Source: a virus | Taxonomy: Duplodnaviria > Caudoviricetes | DNA: 37,298 bases | Reading direction: 5' to 3' (one strand) | IMG/VR virus record: IMGVR_UViG_3300032332_000938 | Coordinates: 1-37,298 of that record | Shown here: one piece after another, positions 27,412-34,655 of the stretch | How the letters are laid out: every line of letters starts with the position of its first letter | Numbering within the stretch: the first letter of the stretch is position 1 | Position numbers and translations under genes: made by a program | The notes under the pieces: generated by a model | Seen by the model: the letters and a program-made list of their open reading frames with translations, nothing else | The model's database searches: none | What the model was told of the DNA's origin: nothing

Positions 27412-27761
27412 GGAATCATTACTCCGTACAATCGCATACACATACTGAACGCCTGTTTCTGATGCTGGTACGGCGTGCCATTTACAGGAAGCACCGCATC
27501 TGATAATGATTCACGCGCGTGTAAAGCATCAGCAATCACCGCTTCCTTCCGAGCTACCGCACTAAAAACATCCTCGCTAATATCAGCCTCCGGTAAGCGC
27601 GTAAGAATCAGCGCAAGACTTTCACGAGTACACGGCAAGCGGTACGCGCGACGCGAGCGATCATACTGAACCCCGCCGATACTACGAATCGTTGCAGTAT
27701 CCTTCAACGACACAACACCATCATAAATTATCGTGTCATTATCAAGAAAGAAACTAGGCAT
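27408..27761 (-). CDS. N-terminal part of the split helicase (carries the Q-motif)
   Basis: Ends ...TPYQHQKQAFSMCMRLYGVMIP; HARP-like I..IGG.QYD....AY.LP; stop overlaps the helicase TTG. Confidence 0.7.
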   Translation of the reverse strand: MPSFFLDNDTIIYDGVVSLKDTATIRSIGGVQYDRSRRAYRLPCTRESLALILTRLPEADISEDVFSAVARKEAVIADALHARESLSDAVLPVNGTPYQHQKQAFSMCMRLYGVMIP

Positions 27762-27847
27762 ACGGCAACACATACAATCCGTAAGCAATAATAAGAATTT
27801 CCCAGACTGTATCCACAACAATCCCCTCTCGTCGTCGGTGAAGCATC

Positions 27848-27877
27848 ACCCTACCATATATGCTAAGCGGATGACAA
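27848..27877 (-). promoter_or_regulatory. leftward sigma70-type promoter overlapping a rightward -10
   Basis: Minus strand TTGTCA-18-TAGGGT with TG extension; plus strand TATGCT (27859-27864) 6 nt before ATG 27871. Confidence 0.5.
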
Positions 27878-28260
27878 AACACACAACATACACACTAATC
27901 CTATCCGCGTGGCTATTCCTCATACTCACACTGCCCCAAGCCAAAGCCGCGACACAACACGCACCACAACCAATCATCAACGCCGCACACCACACACAGC
28001 CACCACCACGCAGCACACCACAAAAACGCGCGTGGGTAATCTGCCGCATCTTCCCGAACTGCACACCCGCCGTGAACGTCGCATACTGCGAATCGAAACT
28101 ATCAACACACGCAACAAACGGACAATACAAAGGACTCTTCCAACTCGGAATCCGCGAACGACGCATATACGGGCACGGGCGTAGCGCGTGGACACAAGCC
28201 AGAGCAGCATACACCTACTACCAAATAGCAGGATGGTTGCCATGGTCCTGCAAACCATGA
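27871..28260 (+). CDS. secreted Rpf/lysozyme-like lytic transglycosylase
   Basis: Signal peptide ending AKA; CES catalytic motif, NGQYKGLFQ, Q...A, GW.PW.C. Confidence 0.8.
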   Translation: MTKHTTYTLILSAWLFLILTLPQAKAATQHAPQPIINAAHHTQPPPRSTPQKRAWVICRIFPNCTPAVNVAYCESKLSTHATNGQYKGLFQLGIRERRIYGHGRSAWTQARAAYTYYQIAGWLPWSCKP

Positions 28261-28324
28261 TACTATCCACAAACCAACATAGGTAGCATCCTTAGCTACC
28301 ACGCCCACTCCTAAGGGCACACCT

Positions 28325-28359
28325 AACCCGCTTCAAACCGCATCTTGAAGCGGGTTTCT
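28325..28359 (+). terminator. intrinsic terminator
   Basis: Perfect 12-bp stem AACCCGCTTCAA/TTGAAGCGGGTT followed by TCT. Confidence 0.75.
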
Positions 28360-28370
28360 ATATACCCCCA

Positions 28371-28399
28371 TTGTAACTCCGACACCACACCTATACTAT
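28371..28399 (+). promoter_or_regulatory. promoter for the prim-pol operon
   Basis: TTGTAA-17-TACTAT. Confidence 0.55.
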
Positions 28400-28406
28400 G
28401 CAGCTC

Positions 28407-28490
28407 TGGGCAGGCACACCAAAGTTTCAGGGGGATCCTCGAAGCCTGCCCAAGACACGGGGATCCCCCTGATTACCTGGGGGCAGGCAC
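28407..28490 (+). promoter_or_regulatory. structured 5' leader (15-bp stem; loop complementary to two flanking GGGCAGGC copies)
   Basis: Stem 28427-28441/28458-28472; loop GCCTGCCCA 28444-28452; partners at 28407-28415 and 28481-28488. Confidence 0.6.
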
Positions 28491-30401
28491 ATGAACGAAA
28501 GTCCACTAGCACTCGCACGACTCGGACTACCAATACTACGACTCGACGGCAAAATACCACTACCAGGAACGCGCGGAAGCCACGACGCAACCACCCACCA
28601 AGACCAAATCGGGTTATGGATGGCCGAGCACGACGGGAACTGGGGCATCGCCACCGGCCACCCCCTCGACCCCAACAACAACCTCACCGTCATAGACGTA
28701 GACACAAAACACAACGGCGCCCACAACCTCACCCAACTCGAAACACTACTCGGCAAACTCACACCCACACTCACCATCCGCACCGGCACCGGCGGCACCC
28801 ACCACTACTACAAAACACCTGCACACACACCAATAAAAAACAGTGCAAACAAACTCGCACCAGGCATCGACATCAGAGGCATCGGCGGGTACGTCGTAGC
28901 ACCAGGAAGCACACACCCAGACACCCAACAACCATACGTCACCATCCGCGACTACCCAATCGCAGAACTCCCCTCAAAATGGGTAGACCACCTACACACA
29001 CAAGACACCACCCCCAGCAGTGTCCTTGAAGAAGACGAAGTAATTGTCGAAGGCAGCCGAGACAGGTCACTCTTCGAATACGCATGCCGCCTACGAAGCA
29101 GCGGCGCGAACCCCGAAGAGATCCTCACCGCACTCACAGCGCGTAACCTCAAACGAGTTAAACCACCACTACCCCAAACAGACATCAACCGCATCGCAGC
29201 ACAAGCCGCGAAATACCCCATCGGCGAACGACTCACCACCATCATCACAGACATCGCTGAAACCAGCGGCCTCGTCACCATAAACAACGGCGTAGAAGCC
29301 GTCATCACCCGAGAAGAACACGCCAACAACCAAACAAAAAAACTCGTACGAAGCCTACGAGAATGGTTTGCCACAGAAGACGCAGAAACACCGTACATAA
29401 TCCCAGGATTCCTTGTACACGGCGGGCTCGGAATCATCGCAGGAGAACCCAAAACAGGAAAAAGCTGGCTGGTATACCACCTCATGCTCTGCGTAGCCGC
29501 AGGCATACCCATGCCACCCTACACCTACGAACCCGACGGACCCAAGAAAGTCCTGCTTGTAGCGAACGAAGGAAGCCAAGCAGGTATGAAGCATCGTATC
29601 GCCGCACTCGCCAACGGACTGCACATAAACATCGACAGCATCGCAGACAACATCGCGATCATCGCAGGACACGACTTCACCATCGACAGCGTAGAAAACA
29701 CTGCACTGCTACAACACGCCTCGAATACCGTAGACCTCATCATTATCGACACACTGTCGAACGCTTGGTATGGGAAAGAAGATTCCAACGACGAAATGAA
29801 ACAACTAATTGGCCGCATAAGGCCAATCATTAACAACAAAACCAGTGTCCTACTCGTCCACCACCTAGCCAAACCATCACAAGACACAAAGAGTCGAAGG
29901 CCCGGACTGCGAATGCGTGGAGCGTCAGCACTATACGGCGCTACAGATAGTGGCATCTACCTAACACGAGAACCAAACGACACTACCACTAGCGTAGAAA
30001 CAGAACAAAAAGACACCGCACCAGCAGCACCATTTACATTCTCATGGCCCGAAACCACCATCACCGCATCAGACACCGTAACACTCAACACCAACAGCAC
30101 CATAAAACGCATAGAACCAGTAAAGGAAACCGTGCTTGAGGCCATGGAAAAAGCAATCCTCAACAGCCCCCATGGCATCACAAAAAAAGAAATCAAAGAC
30201 AACGTACCAGGAACACACGCTAGAAAGCTGGAAATCTTAGAACAAAAAGTAGCCAGCGGAGAATGGGTAGCCAGCACCGAATCCAGAACAAATCTCACCG
30301 GAAACACATACGAAGTAGTCGTATACAAAAAAGCAGAATCGGACCAAATACTTACAGCCATGGCCAGTATGCTAGGTGAAGACCAAGTATGGTTCACGTA
30401 G
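28491..30401 (+). CDS. bifunctional primase-polymerase, PriCT-like domain and AAA/RecA-type helicase fusion
   Basis: NWGIATG, VIDVD, TGTGG.HHYY, GIDIRG.GGYVVAPGS.H; EGSRD..LF...PPL; GEPKTGKS, IIIDTL, LVHH, RGASA. Confidence 0.92.
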   Translation: MNESPLALARLGLPILRLDGKIPLPGTRGSHDATTHQDQIGLWMAEHDGNWGIATGHPLDPNNNLTVIDVDTKHNGAHNLTQLETLLGKLTPTLTIRTGTGGTHHYYKTPAHTPIKNSANKLAPGIDIRGIGGYVVAPGSTHPDTQQPYVTIRDYPIAELPSKWVDHLHTQDTTPSSVLEEDEVIVEGSRDRSLFEYACRLRSSGANPEEILTALTARNLKRVKPPLPQTDINRIAAQAAKYPIGERLTTIITDIAETSGLVTINNGVEAVITREEHANNQTKKLVRSLREWFATEDAETPYIIPGFLVHGGLGIIAGEPKTGKSWLVYHLMLCVAAGIPMPPYTYEPDGPKKVLLVANEGSQAGMKHRIAALANGLHINIDSIADNIAIIAGHDFTIDSVENTALLQHASNTVDLIIIDTLSNAWYGKEDSNDEMKQLIGRIRPIINNKTSVLLVHHLAKPSQDTKSRRPGLRMRGASALYGATDSGIYLTREPNDTTTSVETEQKDTAPAAPFTFSWPETTITASDTVTLNTNSTIKRIEPVKETVLEAMEKAILNSPHGITKKEIKDNVPGTHARKLEILEQKVASGEWVASTESRTNLTGNTYEVVVYKKAESDQILTAMASMLGEDQVWFT

Positions 30402-30402
30402 C

Positions 30403-30550
30403 TGGTAGCCGGGTGGTCCCCTGGCCCCCTAAAGGGGGCCTAAGGGGGGGGCTTTCGGCCACCCCCCCGACGGAGACCTAACCCGGCGCTACCAATGCGA
30501 AGTGCCAATGCAAAACAAATAAAACAAACAAAACAAAACGCAAACAAAAG
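30403..30550. other. branched GC-rich palindrome cluster plus CAAAA repeats; candidate replication origin
   Basis: GGCCCCC-TAAA-GGGGGCC, a G8/C7 hairpin, outer stem TGGTAGC-CGGGT/ACCCG-GCTACCA, then (C)AAAAC repeats, right after prim-pol. Confidence 0.45.
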
Positions 30551-30564
30551 GCGCGGGGGGCACA

Positions 30565-31014
30565 ATGGGACCAGAGACAATCATCACCAAACAAATATGT
30601 GACTGGCTCAACCGCCAACCCAAAACCATCGCCGTAAAAATTCACGCCTCAGCAATGCAAGGCAGAGGCATACCAGACATCATCGCCTGCCATCATGGAC
30701 AACTACTGGCAATCGAAGTCAAACGACCACAACTAGGACGACTCACCCAAATCCAAAAATACACACTCCAAAAATGGTCACAAGCAGGAGCAAAAACAAT
30801 CGTCGCAACACACCTAAACGACATCAAAAAACTGATAAACTCAAAACAACACGACGAACAGGAGCAAAGCACATGGAAACCGAAGAACACAAACAAACCC
30901 AGCGAACCCGACAACGAAACAAAATCGTCAGAGACTCGCACCAAAAACACCTCACAAAAATCTTCGCAGCATTCCAACAAGCCGCAGGAGACAGAGGGCT
31001 CGCCGCAGACTTAG
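30565..31014 (+). CDS. VRR-NUC (PD-(D/E)XK) nuclease / Holliday junction resolvase-like
   Basis: E..I, GIPDII, AIEVK, LT..Q, AG motifs; low-complexity C-terminal extension. Confidence 0.88.
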   Translation: MGPETIITKQICDWLNRQPKTIAVKIHASAMQGRGIPDIIACHHGQLLAIEVKRPQLGRLTQIQKYTLQKWSQAGAKTIVATHLNDIKKLINSKQHDEQEQSTWKPKNTNKPSEPDNETKSSETRTKNTSQKSSQHSNKPQETEGSPQT

Positions 31015-31067
31015 CGGACGCAGTAGATGAAGTGATGGATATTCGGGGGGAAGCATGGCCAGTTTGA
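30873..31067 (+). CDS. 64-aa hypothetical protein
   Basis: AGGAG RBS, ATG 30873; overlaps the VRR-NUC tail. Confidence 0.55.
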   Translation: METEEHKQTQRTRQRNKIVRDSHQKHLTKIFAAFQQAAGDRGLAADLADAVDEVMDIRGEAWPV

Positions 31068-31531
31068 ATTTGACAACCGAGCAGGCTGATAAGGCGTATG
31101 AGAAGTGGATTAAGCAGCAGGACGTTCGGCAGTATGTACCCGTCGAGATGGTTGCGCGTTGGATTCATTCGAGTAATTTGAAGCATGAGAACATTCAGTA
31201 TGCGACGGGCATAACGGTGCGGAGTGTTGGTCGGATTGCGCAGTTGGCTCAGAATGTAGTGCGTTCGGATTATGCGCTTCGTATTGCTTGGGCGACGAAT
31301 AATTTTGAGGAATGTAACGAGTATTTGGCGTTTGATCCGCCTGGTTTGGATGGGTGGAATGAAGAGGATCGGTACTGTAGGGAGTGTGGTACTTGGTTTC
31401 ATCCACATTTCAAGCGAGGGCTATGTGAGGCTTGTTATGACGCTTGGATTATGGGGAGGTGTCAGTCTTCGAAGCGGGTGTTGCAGGGCGACATCCCCAA
31501 AACAGGAGTTTTAAGCTGTTCACATGCCTAA
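31055..31531 (+). CDS. putative DNA-binding protein with C-terminal Zn finger
   Basis: CRECG...H..RGLC..CY; possible HTH (ATGITVRSV). Confidence 0.7.
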   Translation: MASLNLTTEQADKAYEKWIKQQDVRQYVPVEMVARWIHSSNLKHENIQYATGITVRSVGRIAQLAQNVVRSDYALRIAWATNNFEECNEYLAFDPPGLDGWNEEDRYCRECGTWFHPHFKRGLCEACYDAWIMGRCQSSKRVLQGDIPKTGVLSCSHA

Positions 31532-31602
31532 CTGGTATGATTCCCTTCATAATGCGTGCGAGCCGCCTAGGAAGGCTCTCACAAGCTCTCAGGGGGGTAA
31601 TA

Positions 31603-31854
31603 ATGTCGGATAAGCACCATAACTTTCAGGATATGGATTCGGAAACGCGAGGAGACCTACTTAGTATGAGCAGTCGCGACCGAGAAGCATTCCTAACTGA
31701 AATCGCTCGGGAAGCAGCGATTGTTGCAGCGCACGAAGCGATTGATCGACTTGAGCAGATGGATGCCGAAGATGAAAAGCCGAAGGGCATGGTTGCCAAG
31801 TTGAAGGATAAGGTAAAGAAAAGCGCCCCGACCGAAGAAGGTCAGGGCGCTTGA
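31603..31854 (+). CDS. 83-aa hypothetical protein
   Basis: AGGGGGG RBS; upstream extended -10 TGGTATGAT (31533-31541). Confidence 0.65.
   Translation: MSDKHHNFQDMDSETRGDLLSMSSRDREAFLTEIAREAAIVAAHEAIDRLEQMDAEDEKPKGMVAKLKDKVKKSAPTEEGQGA
31821..31852 (-). terminator. terminator for the leftward early operon
   Basis: AAGCGCCC.GACC/GGTC.GGGCGCTT stem with a T-rich tail on the minus strand, at the convergence of two operons. Confidence 0.55.
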
Positions 31855-31901
31855 GTCTCCCGACGAAAGGAGCGCGCACAAAACGTGCGACTCTTTTCAG
31901 T

Positions 31902-32483
31902 CTAGCACACTACGCGACGTACCGTATGAAGCGTGACGCTATGCGTGCTGGCATTGTCGCGAAGACTCATCCCTAGACTGTGCTTGCGTTGGATTGATTC
32001 AACAATGGCTTCGTCTAAATCGCGGGGCGGTCTGCCGAGTGGTAGGCCGTCCCGTTTTCGTTGTGCTAGTCCTTCACGTGTTCGCTGTGCGATCATGTCT
32101 CGCTCGTATTGGCCTACTGCGGCCAAAACATGAGCCATCATCTTGCCTGCTGGTGAAGACATATCAAGGTTATCCGAAACGCTGATAAGGATCTTCTGCT
32201 TTAATTCGAGTGTGTCTACCCACTGGCAGAACTGCAGTACGCTGCGGACGAACCTGTCTAGGCGAATAACGATTAGCCCGTCGGCGTGTTCGAGTGCGTT
32301 GATTGCTTTGTCAAGTATTGGCCTCACGCTGGCCGCTCCGCTGGCCTGCTCTTTGAATACGTTGACGATATTGTGGCCGCATCGTTCGGCGTATTCTCGT
32401 ATTGCGTGTTCTTGCGCACCGAAACTGTAGCCGTGGTCTGCTTGTTCCGTGGTAGATACTCTGCAATATGCGACTAGGTTCAT
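31902..32483 (-). CDS. small serine recombinase (resolvase/invertase family)
   Basis: ATG 32483; AYCRVST..Q, SG....RP, RLDR..RS, ER..I..RT..GL, LGRP, short C-terminal HTH; 193 aa. Confidence 0.92.
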   Translation of the reverse strand: MNLVAYCRVSTTEQADHGYSFGAQEHAIREYAERCGHNIVNVFKEQASGAASVRPILDKAINALEHADGLIVIRLDRFVRSVLQFCQWVDTLELKQKILISVSDNLDMSSPAGKMMAHVLAAVGQYERDMIAQRTREGLAQRKRDGLPLGRPPRDLDEAIVESIQRKHSLGMSLRDNASTHSVTLHTVRRVVC

Positions 32484-32818
32484 AGTTTGATTCCCATCGC
32501 TTCGCAGATTTGATTTGCTGTTATCCCAACCGCCCCGCGCAAATTGGCCCAGCTCAGATCGGCCTCGCGCAGATTGGCCTCGCGCAGATCGGCCCCGCTC
32601 AGATCGGCCCAGCGCAGATCGGCCACGCTCAGATCGGCCCCGCTCAGATCGGCCACGCTCAGATCGGCCCAGCGCAGATCGGCCCAGCGCAGATCGGCCC
32701 CGCGCAGGTCGGCCCCGCGCAGATTGGCCCAGCTCAGATCGGCTTGCTTCCCGGTAGTCTTGTTTTCTATCCATTTTGCGTGCTTAACTATGATTCGGTC
32801 GAGTTCAGTCTTGTTCAT
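32480..32818 (-). CDS. pentapeptide repeat protein
   Basis: A(D/N)L(S/R)X repeats; N-terminal L..I...H..W typical of the phage family; AAGGAG RBS. Confidence 0.9.
   Translation of the reverse strand: MNKTELDRIIVKHAKWIENKTTGKQADLSWANLRGADLRGADLRWADLRWADLSVADLSGADLSVADLRWADLSGADLREANLREADLSWANLRGAVGITANQICEAMGIKL
32535..32745. repeat. 15-bp tandem repeat encoding the pentapeptide units
   Basis: About 14 copies of the CAGATCGGCCC(A/C)GC(G/T)-like unit. Confidence 0.9.
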
Positions 32819-33002
32819 TGGTCGCTCCTTTGTTTTGTTGCACCCATGTAAACACTTCGTTGACATTCCTGGCGGTCGTGCCAGTTAGTGGCTTGGGGAA
32901 TCCTGGCTGTTTGGTCCAGTTGTAGATAGTTTGTCGTGATACTTTGAACGTGCGTGCCAATACGGTTACGTTCGCGAATGGGCCAGTGTGAGTAGTAGTC
33001 AT
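32805..33002 (-). CDS. AlpA/excisionase-like HTH protein
   Basis: [13 protein letters not shown]....GFPKP...EV..W; GGAGGAG RBS. Confidence 0.85.
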   Translation of the reverse strand: MTTTHTGPFANVTVLARTFKVSRQTIYNWTKQPGFPKPLTGTTARNVNEVFTWVQQNKGATNEQD

Positions 33003-33042
33003 AGGGTTACTCCTCCGGTATAGTAGTTTGTTGGTATTGCAA

Positions 33043-33083
33043 GCGTCGGCCGGGAATCGAATCCGGCTACAACCATTCGACGC
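33043..33083 (-). ncRNA. minimal tRNA-like element (acceptor-like stem plus T-arm)
   Basis: GCGTCG-AATGGTTGTA-GCCGG-ATTCGATTC-CCGGC-CGACGC, intergenic in the early operon. Confidence 0.5.
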
Positions 33084-33091
33084 GGTAGTGG

Positions 33092-33544
33092 CTATTTGAC
33101 TTCGGTGTACCCGTCGAACCATTCGCCTTCTTTGCGTGTTTTGGGATCGTTGCAGTGATGGTGTGCTTGGGCTAGTGTCATGGGTGGATGCGGTAGTTTT
33201 CTCGATCCTCCTCCATAACGAAAACGCACTATCTTGTATGGATGCATTGACGCGTATTTCTGTGCTATTTCTGCGAGTTCGCTGGAGGAAACTTTGTACA
33301 TGCTCAAATCTGCAGCGGCTAATGCAGCGGCTGATCTCATGTGGGATTGGTGCTTGCTTGTTGTATTACTGTATCGGCGGTCTGTGTGGTAGACGCGAAC
33401 GCTGCCATCTGGCATTGATTCGCGTACTGCGATCACTGCGTTATATGACTTCAAAATCCTGCCGTCGCTGGTAAGTGCGCTTGATCCGCTGGCTGGTAAT
33501 CCCTGTGCCCATTGCTGTGCTACTTGGCGTGCTGTGTATCGCAT
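33092..33544 (-). CDS. early hypothetical protein (two-module fusion)
   Basis: AAGGAG RBS; SY...IA...YS.TTSKHQ module plus YKIVRF...TL.QA..HC.DP.T...WFDGY module. Confidence 0.8.
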   Translation of the reverse strand: MRYTARQVAQQWAQGLPASGSSALTSDGRILKSYNAVIAVRESMPDGSVRVYHTDRRYSNTTSKHQSHMRSAAALAAADLSMYKVSSSELAEIAQKYASMHPYKIVRFRYGGGSRKLPHPPMTLAQAHHHCNDPKTRKEGEWFDGYTEVK

Positions 33545-33580
33545 GATCTTGCTCCTTGTCGTCGATTGCTTGCACTTTCC

Positions 33581-33609
33581 AGCATATCGGATACTTGTCA
33601 CTGTGTCAA
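33581..33609 (-). promoter_or_regulatory. strong sigma70-type early promoter
   Basis: TTGACA-17-TATGCT on the minus strand, directly upstream of the early operon. Confidence 0.8.
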
Positions 33610-33619
33610 CCACTTGGGG

Positions 33620-34010
33620 CAGGCCAAGGCGGTGGCCCATTAGGCCGGTATGTACTCGCATGCGTGCGCGAGATGCGCCGTGCTACGCACTGCGCTGCGT
33701 ATAGGCCGCGTAGCGCGTATTGTGCGTTGCGAGATGCTCACGCAGTGCGCCCGGTGTGCCCGTTGCGTTTGGCGGCGTGGTGGTGTTGCGTTCGGCGGTC
33801 CTGGTGGTGTGCGGGAATCGAATGTATAACGCACACATTGTGTCGTTTTGCAGGTGTTTCCCCGGCAGATGGGGGGGTGGGGTATGCGATGATGCCGCCG
33901 ATCATGGGGGGATACCCCCTACCCCCGCGTGTAACTTTATGATCATTTATATATGACATTGCAGGCATTTTTTTTAATTTTTGGTTTTTGGGTTTTTGGT
34001 TCTGGTAATG
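33620..34010. other. non-coding region upstream of the small terminase; candidate packaging/terminus region
   Basis: Inverted repeats, G-run/C-run hairpin 33871-33926, phased T tracts 33968-34003. Confidence 0.5.
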
Positions 34011-34018
34011 TTCTGGTT

Positions 34019-34534
34019 ATGGCGGGGAGACCGAAGCGTAGACAGCGTTTGGAGGAGGCAGGATTGTGGCCTCCTGATGAGAATAAGATTCCTGAGCGGC
34101 ATAAGTTTTCTGATGATGACCGCGATAAGAGCAAGGCTGTTTTGAGGGAGAAGCGGTTGCTGCAGAGGGCTGGCGCGATTCGTCGTGAGGAGGAGATCCA
34201 GGAGGCGTTGAAGCGTAATGCTCATCGTCATGTTGCTGTGCAGGATCGGTTGTTGAATGCGTTGGAGCGTTTGGCTGAGCGTGCTGAGTCTGGGTCTTTG
34301 GAGAAGGATGATGTTCCTTTGTTGAAGATGTTGTTGGCTGAGGATCGCGCGAATTTGGATCGTGTGTTTGGTAAGACTACGCAGCGTCAGCAGATTGATC
34401 AGCATTCGACGAGTACGCATGTGGATGTGGCGGAGTTGATGAAGGCTGCTCGTGCGTTGCCGTCTGGGTTTGATTCTGTGGGGGATGATGTGGTGTTGGA
34501 TGCGTTGGAGGTGGTGGATGATGATGTTGGTTGA
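34019..34534 (+). CDS. probable terminase small subunit
   Basis: MAGRPK start, helical body, LDRVFGK..Q motif, position upstream of the large terminase. Confidence 0.7.
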   Translation: MAGRPKRRQRLEEAGLWPPDENKIPERHKFSDDDRDKSKAVLREKRLLQRAGAIRREEEIQEALKRNAHRHVAVQDRLLNALERLAERAESGSLEKDDVPLLKMLLAEDRANLDRVFGKTTQRQQIDQHSTSTHVDVAELMKAARALPSGFDSVGDDVVLDALEVVDDDVG

Positions 34535-34655
34535 GACTGAGGTTCGTGGGTTTGGGTGTTTGGTGTCTGATGTGGGTGTGTTGCCTGAGGATGCTGAGTC
34601 TTTGATTCGTGTGTTGTTTTGGTTGAGGTTTCTTGGTTTGGGGGGTCGTGGTTGA
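34518..34655 (+). CDS. small hypothetical protein
   Basis: GGAGG RBS; stop overlaps the next ATG. Confidence 0.5.
   Translation: MMMLVETEVRGFGCLVSDVGVLPEDAESLIRVLFWLRFLGLGGRG

Noticed and set aside
27755-27846. Short minus-strand hydrophobic ORF (…DTVWEILIIAYGLYVLPYA) ahead of the helicase operon
   Set aside because: Has a plausible RBS but is only 20-30 codons with no other support.
27871-31014. Recent inversion as the cause of the A/C-rich block
   Set aside because: Inversion would not change coding-strand composition, and neighbouring minus-strand genes share the same + strand bias.
31853-31897. Small three-way junction containing GAAA as a hammerhead ribozyme
   Set aside because: Lacks the CUGANGA core; more likely a terminator-associated structure.
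32535-32745. Possible CRISPR array
   Set aside because: Contiguous coding repeats without spacers; no cas genes.
32484-32888. Alternative-frame repeat ORFs (AQIGP, RSAxR) and the N-terminal extension of the recombinase ORF
   Set aside because: By-products of the 15-bp pentapeptide repeat; the recombinase starts at the ATGA overlap at 32483.
33030-33091. Complete tRNA gene
   Set aside because: No anticodon arm or full D arm; kept only as a tRNA-like element.
33617-33624. Extra GGGCAGGC copy near the early promoter (another near 17933) as a shared operator
   Set aside because: An 8-mer is expected by chance about this often, and one copy is mid-gene.
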